Of a stretch of 64,000 nt of DNA, positions 1-8,632 are shown piece by piece. Location of the stretch: NCBI GenBank assembly GCA_963768425.1, contig CAVYHV010000010.1:32001-96000 (forward strand), written 5' to 3'. The stretch is from Candidatus Bathyarchaeota archaeon. Its GTDB lineage: Archaea; Thermoproteota; Bathyarchaeia; Bathyarchaeales; Bathycorpusculaceae. A program made the position numbers and the translations under genes. Position 1 is the stretch's first letter. Each line of letters begins with the position of its first letter. A model generated the notes under the pieces. It made no database searches. It saw only the letters and a list, made by a program, of their open reading frames with translations, and had not been told where the DNA came from.

Positions 1-692
1 GTGCCATTGCTCCAACCGTATTAATGGCTTTGCTCGGCACATTTCTGATCAGCGGCATCCTTTCCTTTCTCTTTGGCAGCAGGCAACTCTGCTCAGTAAT
101 GTGCATGGCTCCCCTCATGTACCAGGGAACGACTCTGGATGCCATGAACTCATTTAGTGGAACTTCCAGGCTTGCGTGCAGGCTGCGCACGAACAAGATA
201 TCATCTCCCTATAAGGTAGTTGTATCGGCGGTGTGGATCTCGCTGCTGGCTGCAGCTTTACTGTCCTACTTGACTTCTGTAGGAATTTTAGGTATCTCCG
301 TCTTCGGCATGGATCCCGCCTACTTCCTGTACATGTTTTACTTCGGCTTTCTTTGGTACGTTATCTGGATGATGATTCCCTTTGTAGGGACTTACGGCTG
401 CGTTTCAACTGGCATGTGCGGCTGGGGCTCTTTCAACCAGCTTATTTCCCGAGTTGGGTTGTTTAGGCTAAAGGTGAAGGACGAGGCGCTTTGCAGCAAC
501 TGTACAACAAAGGACTGCTCGAAAGTCTGCCCCCTGGGGCTTACAGGTCTGCCGGCGGCATTCGCTGCTAAGGGCGAGTTCAGAAACTACAAATGTATTG
601 GCGACGGGAACTGCGTTTCGGCCTGCCCACACAGAAATATATCCTTCTACGATGTGAGACATTGGCTAAGAGAAAGGTTCCGAAATAGATGA
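1..692 (+). CDS. Membrane 4Fe-4S ferredoxin-type protein (NapH/MauN-like), 5'-truncated by the window edge
   Basis: Frame is open from base 3. TM helices, CxxxC(A)P motif, C-terminal CSNCTTKDCSKVCP and CIGDGNCVSACP Fe-S motifs. Confidence 0.75.
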   Translation, partial: AIAPTVLMALLGTFLISGILSFLFGSRQLCSVMCMAPLMYQGTTLDAMNSFSGTSRLACRLRTNKISSPYKVVVSAVWISLLAAALLSYLTSVGILGISVFGMDPAYFLYMFYFGFLWYVIWMMIPFVGTYGCVSTGMCGWGSFNQLISRVGLFRLKVKDEALCSNCTTKDCSKVCPLGLTGLPAAFAAKGEFRNYKCIGDGNCVSACPHRNISFYDVRHWLRERFRNR

Positions 693-780
693 AGCGTGTT
701 TTGTTAATTGTGGGAAAGTAGGTTTTTTCTTCAGACAATCTTTATATCGATTGATTATTGTTTAACTAATGTGTATCGAT

Positions 781-990
781 ATGGTTAAGGTAAAACTTTC
801 GTCTAAGTTTCAGGTTGTAATTCCTCGAGAAGTCCGAGAAAAGCTAAACTTGAAGCCTGGCGAAGAAATCGTGATGATAGAAAAATCAGGTGTAATACGT
901 TTAGTGCCGCAAAAACCCATAAAGCAAATGCGCGGTTTCGTCAAAGGTGGAGATACTCAAAATATCCGCGAAGAGGAAGATCGCTTTTGA
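781..990 (+). CDS. AbrB/MazE-family antitoxin
   Basis: VKLSSKFQVVIPREVREKLNLKPGE AbrB signature; 4-bp overlap with the downstream PIN gene. Confidence 0.9.
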   Translation: MVKVKLSSKFQVVIPREVREKLNLKPGEEIVMIEKSGVIRLVPQKPIKQMRGFVKGGDTQNIREEEDRF

Positions 991-1367
991 TACTCATCGA
1001 CTCCTACGGATGGCTAGAGTATTTCCTTGATGGGCGACTTGCCGAAAAATACGCAAAGTACGTAGAAGACGCAAATGAGGAAAACTACGTAACTCCAACC
1101 ATTGTGGTTTATGAAGTTTATAAGAGAATTAGAAGTATTCAAGGCGAGCAAAGTGGACTAGAAGCTTATTCGCAGATAAATAGAACTAAGGTGGTGGAAT
1201 TAAATTCGCAGATTGCGCTAGAGGCGGCAGAAATAAGCTTGTCGACAAATTTGGGAATGGCTGACTCATTGATCGTTGCAACAGCAAAAGCCTACGACGC
1301 GCAAATAGTAACAAGTGACAAACACCTTAAAGGTCTCAAAGAAACCAAATTCATATCGACACAATAA
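987..1367 (+). CDS. vapC: VapC PIN-domain toxin
   Basis: ILIDSYGWLEYF, EVY, ADSLIVATA and TSDKH PIN acidic motifs. Confidence 0.9.
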   Translation: MILIDSYGWLEYFLDGRLAEKYAKYVEDANEENYVTPTIVVYEVYKRIRSIQGEQSGLEAYSQINRTKVVELNSQIALEAAEISLSTNLGMADSLIVATAKAYDAQIVTSDKHLKGLKETKFISTQ

Positions 1368-1604
1368 GTAGGCAGGTTGGCTTTCAACCCTTCTCTTGAG
1401 ACTAATTTTCGTCAAACGTTTGAATTGTTTATTGTCAGCACGCCCACAATTCCCATAGTCATAATCAAAAGCTTAACAGCTTCCTTTTTCGTCTTTGAGG
1501 TAATCAAAAACAAATGGAAAATAATGTTTTTAAATTAGTCCCCTAGAACATTTCAATATAACTGAGAAAAAGAAAGCAAATCTCCCACGGGATAGAAGTC
1601 GATT

Positions 1605-1639
1605 GGAATCTGCGGGTTCAAATCCCGCCCGGTCCACCA
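1605..1639 (+). repeat. tRNA-Ala 3'-end fragment (T arm, acceptor 3' strand, ACCA); att-like scar, copy 1
   Basis: GCGGGTTCAAATCCCGCCCGGTCCACCA; 1612-1636 is identical to 2421-2445. Confidence 0.85.
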
Positions 1640-1656
1640 GTTTAGCTCGGTTTTGC

Positions 1657-2091
1657 CTATTCTGGGTCTTCCAAGAAAAGTAAAGTGATGTCAAATGATT
1701 TTTTTCCCATTTCGTCTGCCAACTCTTGCTCTTGGCGGGCAAAAAGGGCGTTGCCAGCAATTTTATGTGCCAATGACAAAATGAAGCAGTCTGGAAGCGA
1801 CATTGCTCTTTGGCATTTGATTTTGGCCGCTTCGTTGAATAATTGTGAGGTGTCTTCAACCGTAAAATATCCTGAATCGAGGAGTTTGTCTACTCTTTCT
1901 TTTGATTGTTGCCAGCCAAGTTTTCTGCATAAAACATATCGTAGCTCCGTTATGGCTAACTCTGTGGTATAGGCTTCAATCATGTCGGTTTCGAGAGCTT
2001 TTTTGAGCTTTTGTCCCAAGCTATCGCAGTATATTAACTCAATTAGTGCGCTTGTGTCTATGGCTAATTTTCCTTTCAAGTCTTTCATCAT
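1657..2091 (-). CDS. vapC: VapC PIN-domain toxin
   Basis: LAIDTSALIE, TELRYV and SLPDCFIL motifs. Start taken at MMKDLK inside ORF 1657..2133. Confidence 0.85.
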   Translation of the reverse strand: MMKDLKGKLAIDTSALIELIYCDSLGQKLKKALETDMIEAYTTELAITELRYVLCRKLGWQQSKERVDKLLDSGYFTVEDTSQLFNEAAKIKCQRAMSLPDCFILSLAHKIAGNALFARQEQELADEMGKKSFDITLLFLEDPE

Positions 2092-2308
2092 CAATCTTCC
2101 GTTCTGTCTCCAATTCTTCGAGTGCCTCTTCAACTCCTATTGTTGGGCTGCATGCTTCTTTCAGCAACCGAGGGTTTTTCTCCCGGTGATCCACCAAGAA
2201 ACGAAGGGCGTCATTTAGGTCAACTCGGCGCCCCGTCTTGATTTGAAGTTCGGAGGCAACCTTCAAGAGTTTTTCTTTAACGTCCTCAGTTACAGATATC
2301 GTAGTCAT
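2039..2308 (-). CDS. VapB-type antitoxin
   Basis: MTTISVTEDVKEKL RHH-like N-terminus; overlaps the PIN gene. Confidence 0.75.
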   Translation of the reverse strand: MTTISVTEDVKEKLLKVASELQIKTGRRVDLNDALRFLVDHREKNPRLLKEACSPTIGVEEALEELETERKIDDERLERKISHRHKRTN

Positions 2309-2338
2309 AGAGATCACATTAGCTATAGCAGCCATAGT

Positions 2339-2362
2339 AGATATAACTATCTAGTTGTATCT
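2339..2362. promoter_or_regulatory. Inverted repeat, probable TA autorepression operator
   Basis: AGATATAACTA-TC-TAGTTGTATCT (10/11 arm match), just upstream of the antitoxin. Confidence 0.55.
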
Positions 2363-2388
2363 GCGAGAATTAATCCATTAACGGGTTA

Positions 2389-2445
2389 GGTATGATCTTC
2401 GAGGTCGCAACGCGGAAGCCGCGGGTTCAAATCCCGCCCGGTCCA
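2389..2445 (+). pseudogene. Decayed tRNA-Ala(CGC) lacking its 5' acceptor strand; copy 2
   Basis: GGTATGATC-T-TCGAG-GT-CGC-AA-CGCGG-AAGCC-GCGGG-TTCAAAT-CCCGC-CCGGTCC-A. The acceptor 3' strand carries U70 of the Ala G3:U70 determinant. Confidence 0.75.
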
Positions 2446-2575
2446 TAAGGCGGTGTGAACTCTGAAAGGTTCAAAGACCTTAGAGATACAATCCCTGTGG
2501 TGTTCGGGCCTTTGGTGGTAGAGACTTTTTCTAATAACTTGCGTTTTTCAACTTTACACCATTCGGGCAGATCTG

Positions 2576-2746
2576 CTACTCCATTTTTCCGCCGCACATG
2601 GGGCATTCTATTGGCAATTTCTTCTGGATACTCATTAATTCATAAGAGCACAAAAAGCAGAAGTAGATTTGGCATTTCGGGCAGTAATGGAAGCCGCCGC
2701 CGATCATCTTGCCGCATGCATCGCAAGGTCTGGACAAATCGGGCAT
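2576..2746 (-). CDS. Small multi-CxxC zinc-finger protein
   Basis: CDAC, CPKC, CFLC and CPMC in 56 aa. Confidence 0.7.
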   Translation of the reverse strand: MPDLSRPCDACGKMIGGGFHYCPKCQIYFCFLCSYELMSIQKKLPIECPMCGGKME

Positions 2747-3621
2747 AAAGAAGCAGGCAGTCAAAACGCCTTAAAAGCCAAGTGCCGGAGCGACGTTTTG
2801 GCGCAGTGGAGAGTACACTGAAAGAAACCTTAGGGAGAAGTCCTTGTCGGGTCTGCCTCTCGAAGGATTGCCCGTGCTTTTGCTCGACGCCTGCCGTCTT
2901 TGCCTTGGCCTAAGTTTTCCACCCCGCTCAAACTTGTTACAATAATGCGCTTTGTCTATTATATCTTACGAATCAATTATATTAGGCAAGAATGAAGAAA
3001 AATTGCTGGCCACAAAAACCTGCGACCGCAGTCACGGCATATGGAGTTCAAATTTGCCAAGTTCGTGTGCCTCAGAATTTGTTAACTGACATCATCAATA
3101 GGACTAACCAATCCTTTCTCCGACTAACGTGTTTTTCTTCACAGGCAACATGCTCTAATGCAAGCTGTTAAATAAAAATAATCACGCACGTTGCACCATA
3201 AAAGGATCAGACAATTGGATGAGAGAATAATATGTGCATGTTTGTGTTCTCATTGCAACTGTTTTTTTAAGCTAAAATAAGAAAAAAGAAAATGCAAACT
3301 CTTCTATTGCAGCTATATTGAATTTAACCAGAGAGTTGTTGTATAATATTCTGTGTAACTGCCCTCGACTTTTGGTTTGCTTATTACTATTTTGTCGCCC
3401 CTGATTTCTAAAATCCTTCAACGCAAGGCTTAAGACCTATCGCATCCCTTAATTGCTTACGAATGACTACCTGACTTTTTTGTCCAATGTTTTTGCGAGC
3501 CATATTGGATTCCGATCTGTATTACTTGAATTTGTACTTTTCCACCAATTAGTGGTACCAGTTGCTTGTTGTAGCAAGATACAATCACAAACCGATAAAT
3601 TGACTGTTTAATCAACTTGAA

Positions 3622-4365
3622 ATGCATATGAATGAAAATCGTACGGTTAATAAAAAACCATTTTTATATTCAAAATTAGTGCCTGTTATCTTTCTAGTAA
3701 TGATCGTGCTCTTTTTCTTATTGGTCATTTTACTTGTCAAAGAAGCGACTGCTAAAACTTATTTATTATCGGTGATAGCGGTCTCTCAAACGACTGATCA
3801 ATTGAATCTTTCAAGTTTAATTCAGGTCCTTAGTGCGATAAGTTCTATTGCTGTAATTCTGGGTGTTGTGTTCATTGTAGTTCAGCTAAGACAGAACACC
3901 AAGTTAATTGACTTAAATACGAAGTTAACGGATGCAACTTTCCAAGAAGTAAAATCAAACATCTCCTTTGAATTACTGGAGAAATTGACGGACGAATCAT
4001 TTGCTAGGCGCAGAAGCTTCATGTGGCATACGGTCAAGAAGTACCAAGCTTCTAATTGGGAAGGCTTTGACGACAGCGCGGATGATTTTGAAGTGCGAAA
4101 CTTCGCATTCATGTACGACCTTTTCGGTCAACTGGCAAAAGACGGCTTAATTGATCTTGAGACCCTTGCTAAAACATTCAAGTACCTTGTAGCGTTGGAT
4201 TGGCAAGCTTTCGAACCCGCTTCAAAACATATCCAGAAACGCTATAACCTTGAACGAAACGAGATATTTTCAAATTTTCAGTGGCTGGCTAATGAAACTG
4301 AACGAATATTGAAGCAAAAAGGAAGCCAGATCCCGAAAATTACGCAAACAGAGAGAAAAGATTAA
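3622..4365 (+). CDS. Hypothetical membrane-anchored helical protein (DUF4760-like); start uncertain
   Basis: Long ORF with TM helix followed by QLRQN; helical C-terminal domain. Confidence 0.6.
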   Translation: MHMNENRTVNKKPFLYSKLVPVIFLVMIVLFFLLVILLVKEATAKTYLLSVIAVSQTTDQLNLSSLIQVLSAISSIAVILGVVFIVVQLRQNTKLIDLNTKLTDATFQEVKSNISFELLEKLTDESFARRRSFMWHTVKKYQASNWEGFDDSADDFEVRNFAFMYDLFGQLAKDGLIDLETLAKTFKYLVALDWQAFEPASKHIQKRYNLERNEIFSNFQWLANETERILKQKGSQIPKITQTERKD

Positions 4366-4636
4366 TTTTGTGGTTCCAACTCGCTGCGGGTTCAAACCCA
4401 TAGGCGCGCTTCGGTCCTATTCGTTTTTACCAAATGTCCTTGCATATGCTGATTACATTAAGCTGCCTGATTTGAGGCTCTTCCATTTCTAACAGAGTAA
4501 TCTATCTCCCAAGTGCGAGGCTGGCAAACTAACCCTTTGTGCGGGCGTAATCCTCCGCTTACTTCGGAAGATTCAAATGTGATGTTGGGAAAAAGCGATG
4601 TTGTATTCGAATAACTTTAAGCAGGAAAGCTATCGC

Positions 4637-5287
4637 ATGCTCAGGCGGAACAACATCAATGCAACGAGAACAATAGCATCAACAATGGGAGTTTTAACGG
4701 GAATATCAGGGATCACCCACGGATTTTTTGAAGCCCTCCAAGGAAACCACCAAACAAACGGCTTCGTAATATTTGCCGTCGGCAAAGGCAGCATCTTGAC
4801 CAGATGGACCAACGGCAGCGAAGGCGCATTTACATTACTCCCAAACTTTCTGATAACTGGCATTTTCGCCGTAATTACTGGTTTGGCGCTAGCTGTTTGG
4901 TCTGCCCGTTTTATCCACGCAAAAAGGGGCAGTTCAGTTTTTCTTCTAATTGGAATAATCTTATTTTTGGTAGGCGGAGGCGTCGCTCAAGTACCCTTTA
5001 TCATCTTAACTTGGGCCGTTGCAACCCGTATAAACAAACCGCTAAGATGGTGGAAAGCACAAATATCAAGGAACTTCCGCCCAAAACTTGCAAAAGCGTG
5101 GTTATGGCTTCTAATCGTCTCCTCGGCGATGTTCGTACTTGCGCTTGAAATCGCAATTTTTGGATTTTTGCCCGGTGTGAGCGACCTGAACTTACTTCTT
5201 ATTGTTGACTGGTCTGTTCTGAGCTTTGCTACCGCAGTTCTTCTTGTATCGATCGTTGGAGGATTTGCCCATGATATTGAGAATTAA
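4637..5287 (+). CDS. Hypothetical multi-pass membrane protein
   Basis: About 6 TM helices; HGFFEALQGN motif. Confidence 0.7.
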   Translation: MLRRNNINATRTIASTMGVLTGISGITHGFFEALQGNHQTNGFVIFAVGKGSILTRWTNGSEGAFTLLPNFLITGIFAVITGLALAVWSARFIHAKRGSSVFLLIGIILFLVGGGVAQVPFIILTWAVATRINKPLRWWKAQISRNFRPKLAKAWLWLLIVSSAMFVLALEIAIFGFLPGVSDLNLLLIVDWSVLSFATAVLLVSIVGGFAHDIEN

Positions 5288-5346
5288 AAAGACCTTCGCA
5301 TTCGTTTGGGGTAAGTCCGGTGCGGCCCACTCCCAGCCTCTGCAAT

Positions 5347-6297
5347 TTACTTCATTAAGAGCGCTTTACCCTTTTCAAAAACGTATGCGAATTCTGCGTA
5401 TATTCTGAGGTAGTAGGCCCAGTATCCTTTCCATTTACCGTATTTCTCGGCTATTTGGCATACTTCTTCGTTGTTCATTTGTTCATCTTTTCCTTTATAG
5501 ATTTTGGCGGCGTCGAAAGCAAGCCGGGGTTCCACGTTTGACAGCTCCTCCATTCGTCCCAGTCCCCGTATCAACACAAAGTTGGCTGACCAATCTCCAA
5601 TGCCTTTGATGTCCGTTAACCAATCATGAACCTCATCATAAGGTGCTACTCTAAGCCATTGCTCATCAACCGAAGAGAATGCCTCAGCCACGGATGACAA
5701 GTACTCTGCTTTTCTCTTATTTGGCACCATCTCAGGCAACTCCGCGGTTGCAGCAACCAGATCAGACGGCTCGGGAAATGAATAATATTCTACACCTTTG
5801 ATTTTGATTTGACCGCCGACTTTGTTGACAATATTTTCTTTCATTTTGTGAGCCACGCTCATTGGTATTCTTTGGTTCAGGATCGCCCAGCATGCAATTT
5901 CGAAAGGCGTCAGGAATTTTACTTGTTTGTGGCCGTAAAATTGTTTGATTGCAGGTTGAATGCACTCGTCTTTTTTGGCTATTTCGTAAAACTCTTTTAG
6001 GTTGTCTTGGAGGCTTAGAAAGAAGTTTATCCGGTCGGCGAGCAGCTCCTTGTCTTCGTCAGTGAACTTTGCTTTTGAGTAAGCCGTGAACTTCAACTTG
6101 GGGTTTTCAATGGTTCCTTCGTCGGCTACTTCGAATGCGATTGTTTTACCCTTTACTTGGACAGCTTTTGTGACAGTGCCGCTTTTTACTTCTTGCTCAT
6201 TTCGCATTGGACTAAAGTCAGATAAAAACTCGAGAGATTTATAGAAATCAAAAGGGGCAACAGGTTTCAATGCACCCTCAAAAGAATAAAGACTCAA
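5347..6297 (-). CDS. alkA: DNA-3-methyladenine glycosylase II (AlkA family)
   Basis: TPFEIACWAILNQRI; HhH motif IKGIGDWSANFVLIRGLG; WKGYWAYYL. Confidence 0.85.
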   Translation of the reverse strand: MSLYSFEGALKPVAPFDFYKSLEFLSDFSPMRNEQEVKSGTVTKAVQVKGKTIAFEVADEGTIENPKLKFTAYSKAKFTDEDKELLADRINFFLSLQDNLKEFYEIAKKDECIQPAIKQFYGHKQVKFLTPFEIACWAILNQRIPMSVAHKMKENIVNKVGGQIKIKGVEYYSFPEPSDLVAATAELPEMVPNKRKAEYLSSVAEAFSSVDEQWLRVAPYDEVHDWLTDIKGIGDWSANFVLIRGLGRMEELSNVEPRLAFDAAKIYKGKDEQMNNEEVCQIAEKYGKWKGYWAYYLRIYAEFAYVFEKGKALLMK

Positions 6298-6749
6298 GAA
6301 AACAACACCTAATTTATTGTTACTAACCTGCTATTTTAAACGAATCGTTAATGCAACGTTAAGGATTAGTCTGTTTTCCGCCGTTTCAAACAAAAAGAAA
6401 AAGATGAACTGAATGACAGATATGCAAGTGCTCGCATGAGCGTCAAATGCTCACCTCTTTGCTCAATATTGAAGGGTTCGAAATTTTTTCAAACAGGTCT
6501 CCATGATATATTTCCTATGACACCCCTAAACCGGAAAATCGGTATTAGTATCCCCGGTAGCTTCGGAAGAATTCAAACTGGCATTCGTTCTGCTAAGGTT
6601 TGCAAGAGCATGAATTCTTAATCTTTCAGGGGTAAGAGAAAGACTTGTAAAGCCCGAAAGGAGGCGGTTGTTGTTTCCTCATACAATCACATGTCTTGAA
6701 ATATCCAGCGATAGTATTTTCAACAGCATAACAAAGCAGGAGAGTTGGT

Positions 6750-7348
6750 ATGAGAAATCTAGTTGTATCAACTTTTGTGACACTCGATGGCATCATGCAG
6801 GCTCCCGGCGGACCCCAGGAGGATACCAGTGGATATTTCAAATATGGTGGATGGTCAGTTGGTTACTGGGACGATTTCTTGGGAAAGGTCATGGAGAAAC
6901 AAATGGCAAAACCATTTGATCTGTTGCTTGGTCGCAAAACCTACGAGATATTCGCGGCTTACTGGCCTAACGCAAAAGAACCGGGAGCCGACAAACTCAA
7001 TGCAGCCAAGAAATATGTTGTCTCTACAACACTTGGAAAACTCTTGTGGAATAATTCCACTCTGATTGCAGGCAACGTTACCAAAGAAGTCAAGAAACTC
7101 AAGAACCGTGATGGGCCGAGATACAGGTTCATGGCAGTTCCAACCTTATCCAAACAATACTGAAGAATGATCTTGTTGATGAGTTCCGTTTGAAGATATT
7201 TCCAGTCACGATTGGATCAGGTAAACGCCTTTTTGGAGACGGCGCTATACCAGCCTCGTTCAAACTCCTTGAAAGCCAAACTTCTACTACTGGCGTAATA
7301 GTTGCTACATTCGTGCGGGACGGGGAAATAAAAATGGGTTCGTTCTAA
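6750..7348 (+). CDS. Dihydrofolate reductase/RibD C-terminal family protein, 1-bp frameshift near 7118
   Basis: FVTLDGIMQAPGG and LLGRKTYE. The shifted frame continues IQVHGSSNLIQT..LVDEFRLKIFPVTIGSGKRLF to TAA at 7348. Confidence 0.85.
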
Positions 7349-7434
7349 CAACGTTTTAATGAATACTTCTATGGCATGAAAAAATTGTCTTCAAAAACGC
7401 TTAAATATTGCTTATTTTTAACCATTTTTAAGGT

Positions 7435-7884
7435 GTGAAAATGAATAACAAACCACTTTTTGAAATACCTAAAAACGATGTTAATAAAGTCCATAAGGAA
7501 ATCGCAGTCGAGTTTTTTAATTTAGTTAGCTTAGGAAGACCGATGGATGGACTAGGTTTTTTCGGACCTGAATGTAAAACTCACAATCCATATACTGCCG
7601 GCGGCATGAAGGAATTAATTGAGACAATGATTGAAGTGCAAAAACAAGGTGCACAAGGAATAAGACAGGGGTCAATGGCTGATTTTAAACTCATTATCAG
7701 GCAGGTCCTTGCTGAGGGTGATCTGGTTGCAGTACATACTCAAATCTCTGCTTCTAATCCAAGTTCTGGAGGCTTAAGGCAGGTTCATCTTTTCCGTTTC
7801 AGTGGAGACAAAATTGTAGAGTATTGGGATATTACACAAATGGTTCCTGAGAACGCACCTAACGCAGCTGGAGCGTTTTCTTAA
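7435..7884 (+). CDS. SnoaL-like/NTF2-family protein
   Basis: HNP, AEGDLVAVH and FRFSGDKIVEYWD motifs. Confidence 0.85.
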   Translation: MKMNNKPLFEIPKNDVNKVHKEIAVEFFNLVSLGRPMDGLGFFGPECKTHNPYTAGGMKELIETMIEVQKQGAQGIRQGSMADFKLIIRQVLAEGDLVAVHTQISASNPSSGGLRQVHLFRFSGDKIVEYWDITQMVPENAPNAAGAFS

Positions 7885-8187
7885 AAGAATTCTTCAAAAG
7901 TTAAGAAACTCTCTTTCGTGTCTTTGACGTTTCCTCATACAACTCGGCGGACTTGAAGCACCCGACCATTAAGTAATCAAAACTGCATTGAACCCACATA
8001 ATGCTATACAAGTCGTAGTCTATTTGACCAAGCAGTTACCTGCCGTTTTTTCCGCATAATCGATTTGCCTGTATTTTTCCCAAGTTTAATCCTACGTTGG
8101 TAGAATGGTCAGGCTAGACAATACTATTCAGAGTTAGCACCAGTTAATTTATATTGCATGCTGGCACATGAAGCGTCTGAAATTCAA

Positions 8188-8343
8188 ATGTCAAAAAAGA
8201 ATCCGCTGGAAAAACTTTGCCCTGAATGCGAAGAAGACATGAATCCTGTATATGACAAAAACAAGGTACTCGTTTGTTGGGAATGTACCGAGTGCGGTAC
8301 AGTTGTTTCAGCAGCAAAAGAAGTCAGAAAAGAAAAACCTTAG
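8188..8343 (+). CDS. Small zinc-ribbon protein
   Basis: CPEC...WECTECG in 51 aa. Confidence 0.6.
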   Translation: MSKKNPLEKLCPECEEDMNPVYDKNKVLVCWECTECGTVVSAAKEVRKEKP

Positions 8344-8632
8344 CCCAGAACATCAGAAACAAGCTTTCGGAAAGGCTAACTGGTTCTGTTTCGACCCGAG
8401 CGTTTGAACATCAGCATTTTACTAGTGCTTCAGTATTTTTCTACATAGAATAGTTTCTGAAGGGCTGCTTATTTCATGGGTGACGAGACCAAAAGTAATG
8501 ACACGACGTAAATTATGCAGTGGGCTATAAGCCTTAAGTCAATATGAGAGTTTCATGCGGTCTGATTACTGTTCAAAGCCAATAGATAGTGTTGTTAGGT
8601 TTTTAAAAAAAGGAAATGGAGGTTTTGTTTTC

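Noticed and set aside
5311-5330. GTAAGTCCGGTGCGGCCCAC as another tRNA 3' scar
   Set aside because: The T loop lacks TTC and no partner copy exists in the window; too weak.
7110-7125. Programmed frameshifting in the DHFR-like gene or aspartate kinase
   Set aside because: No slippery heptamer or stimulatory structure is evident, and neither family is known to be recoded.
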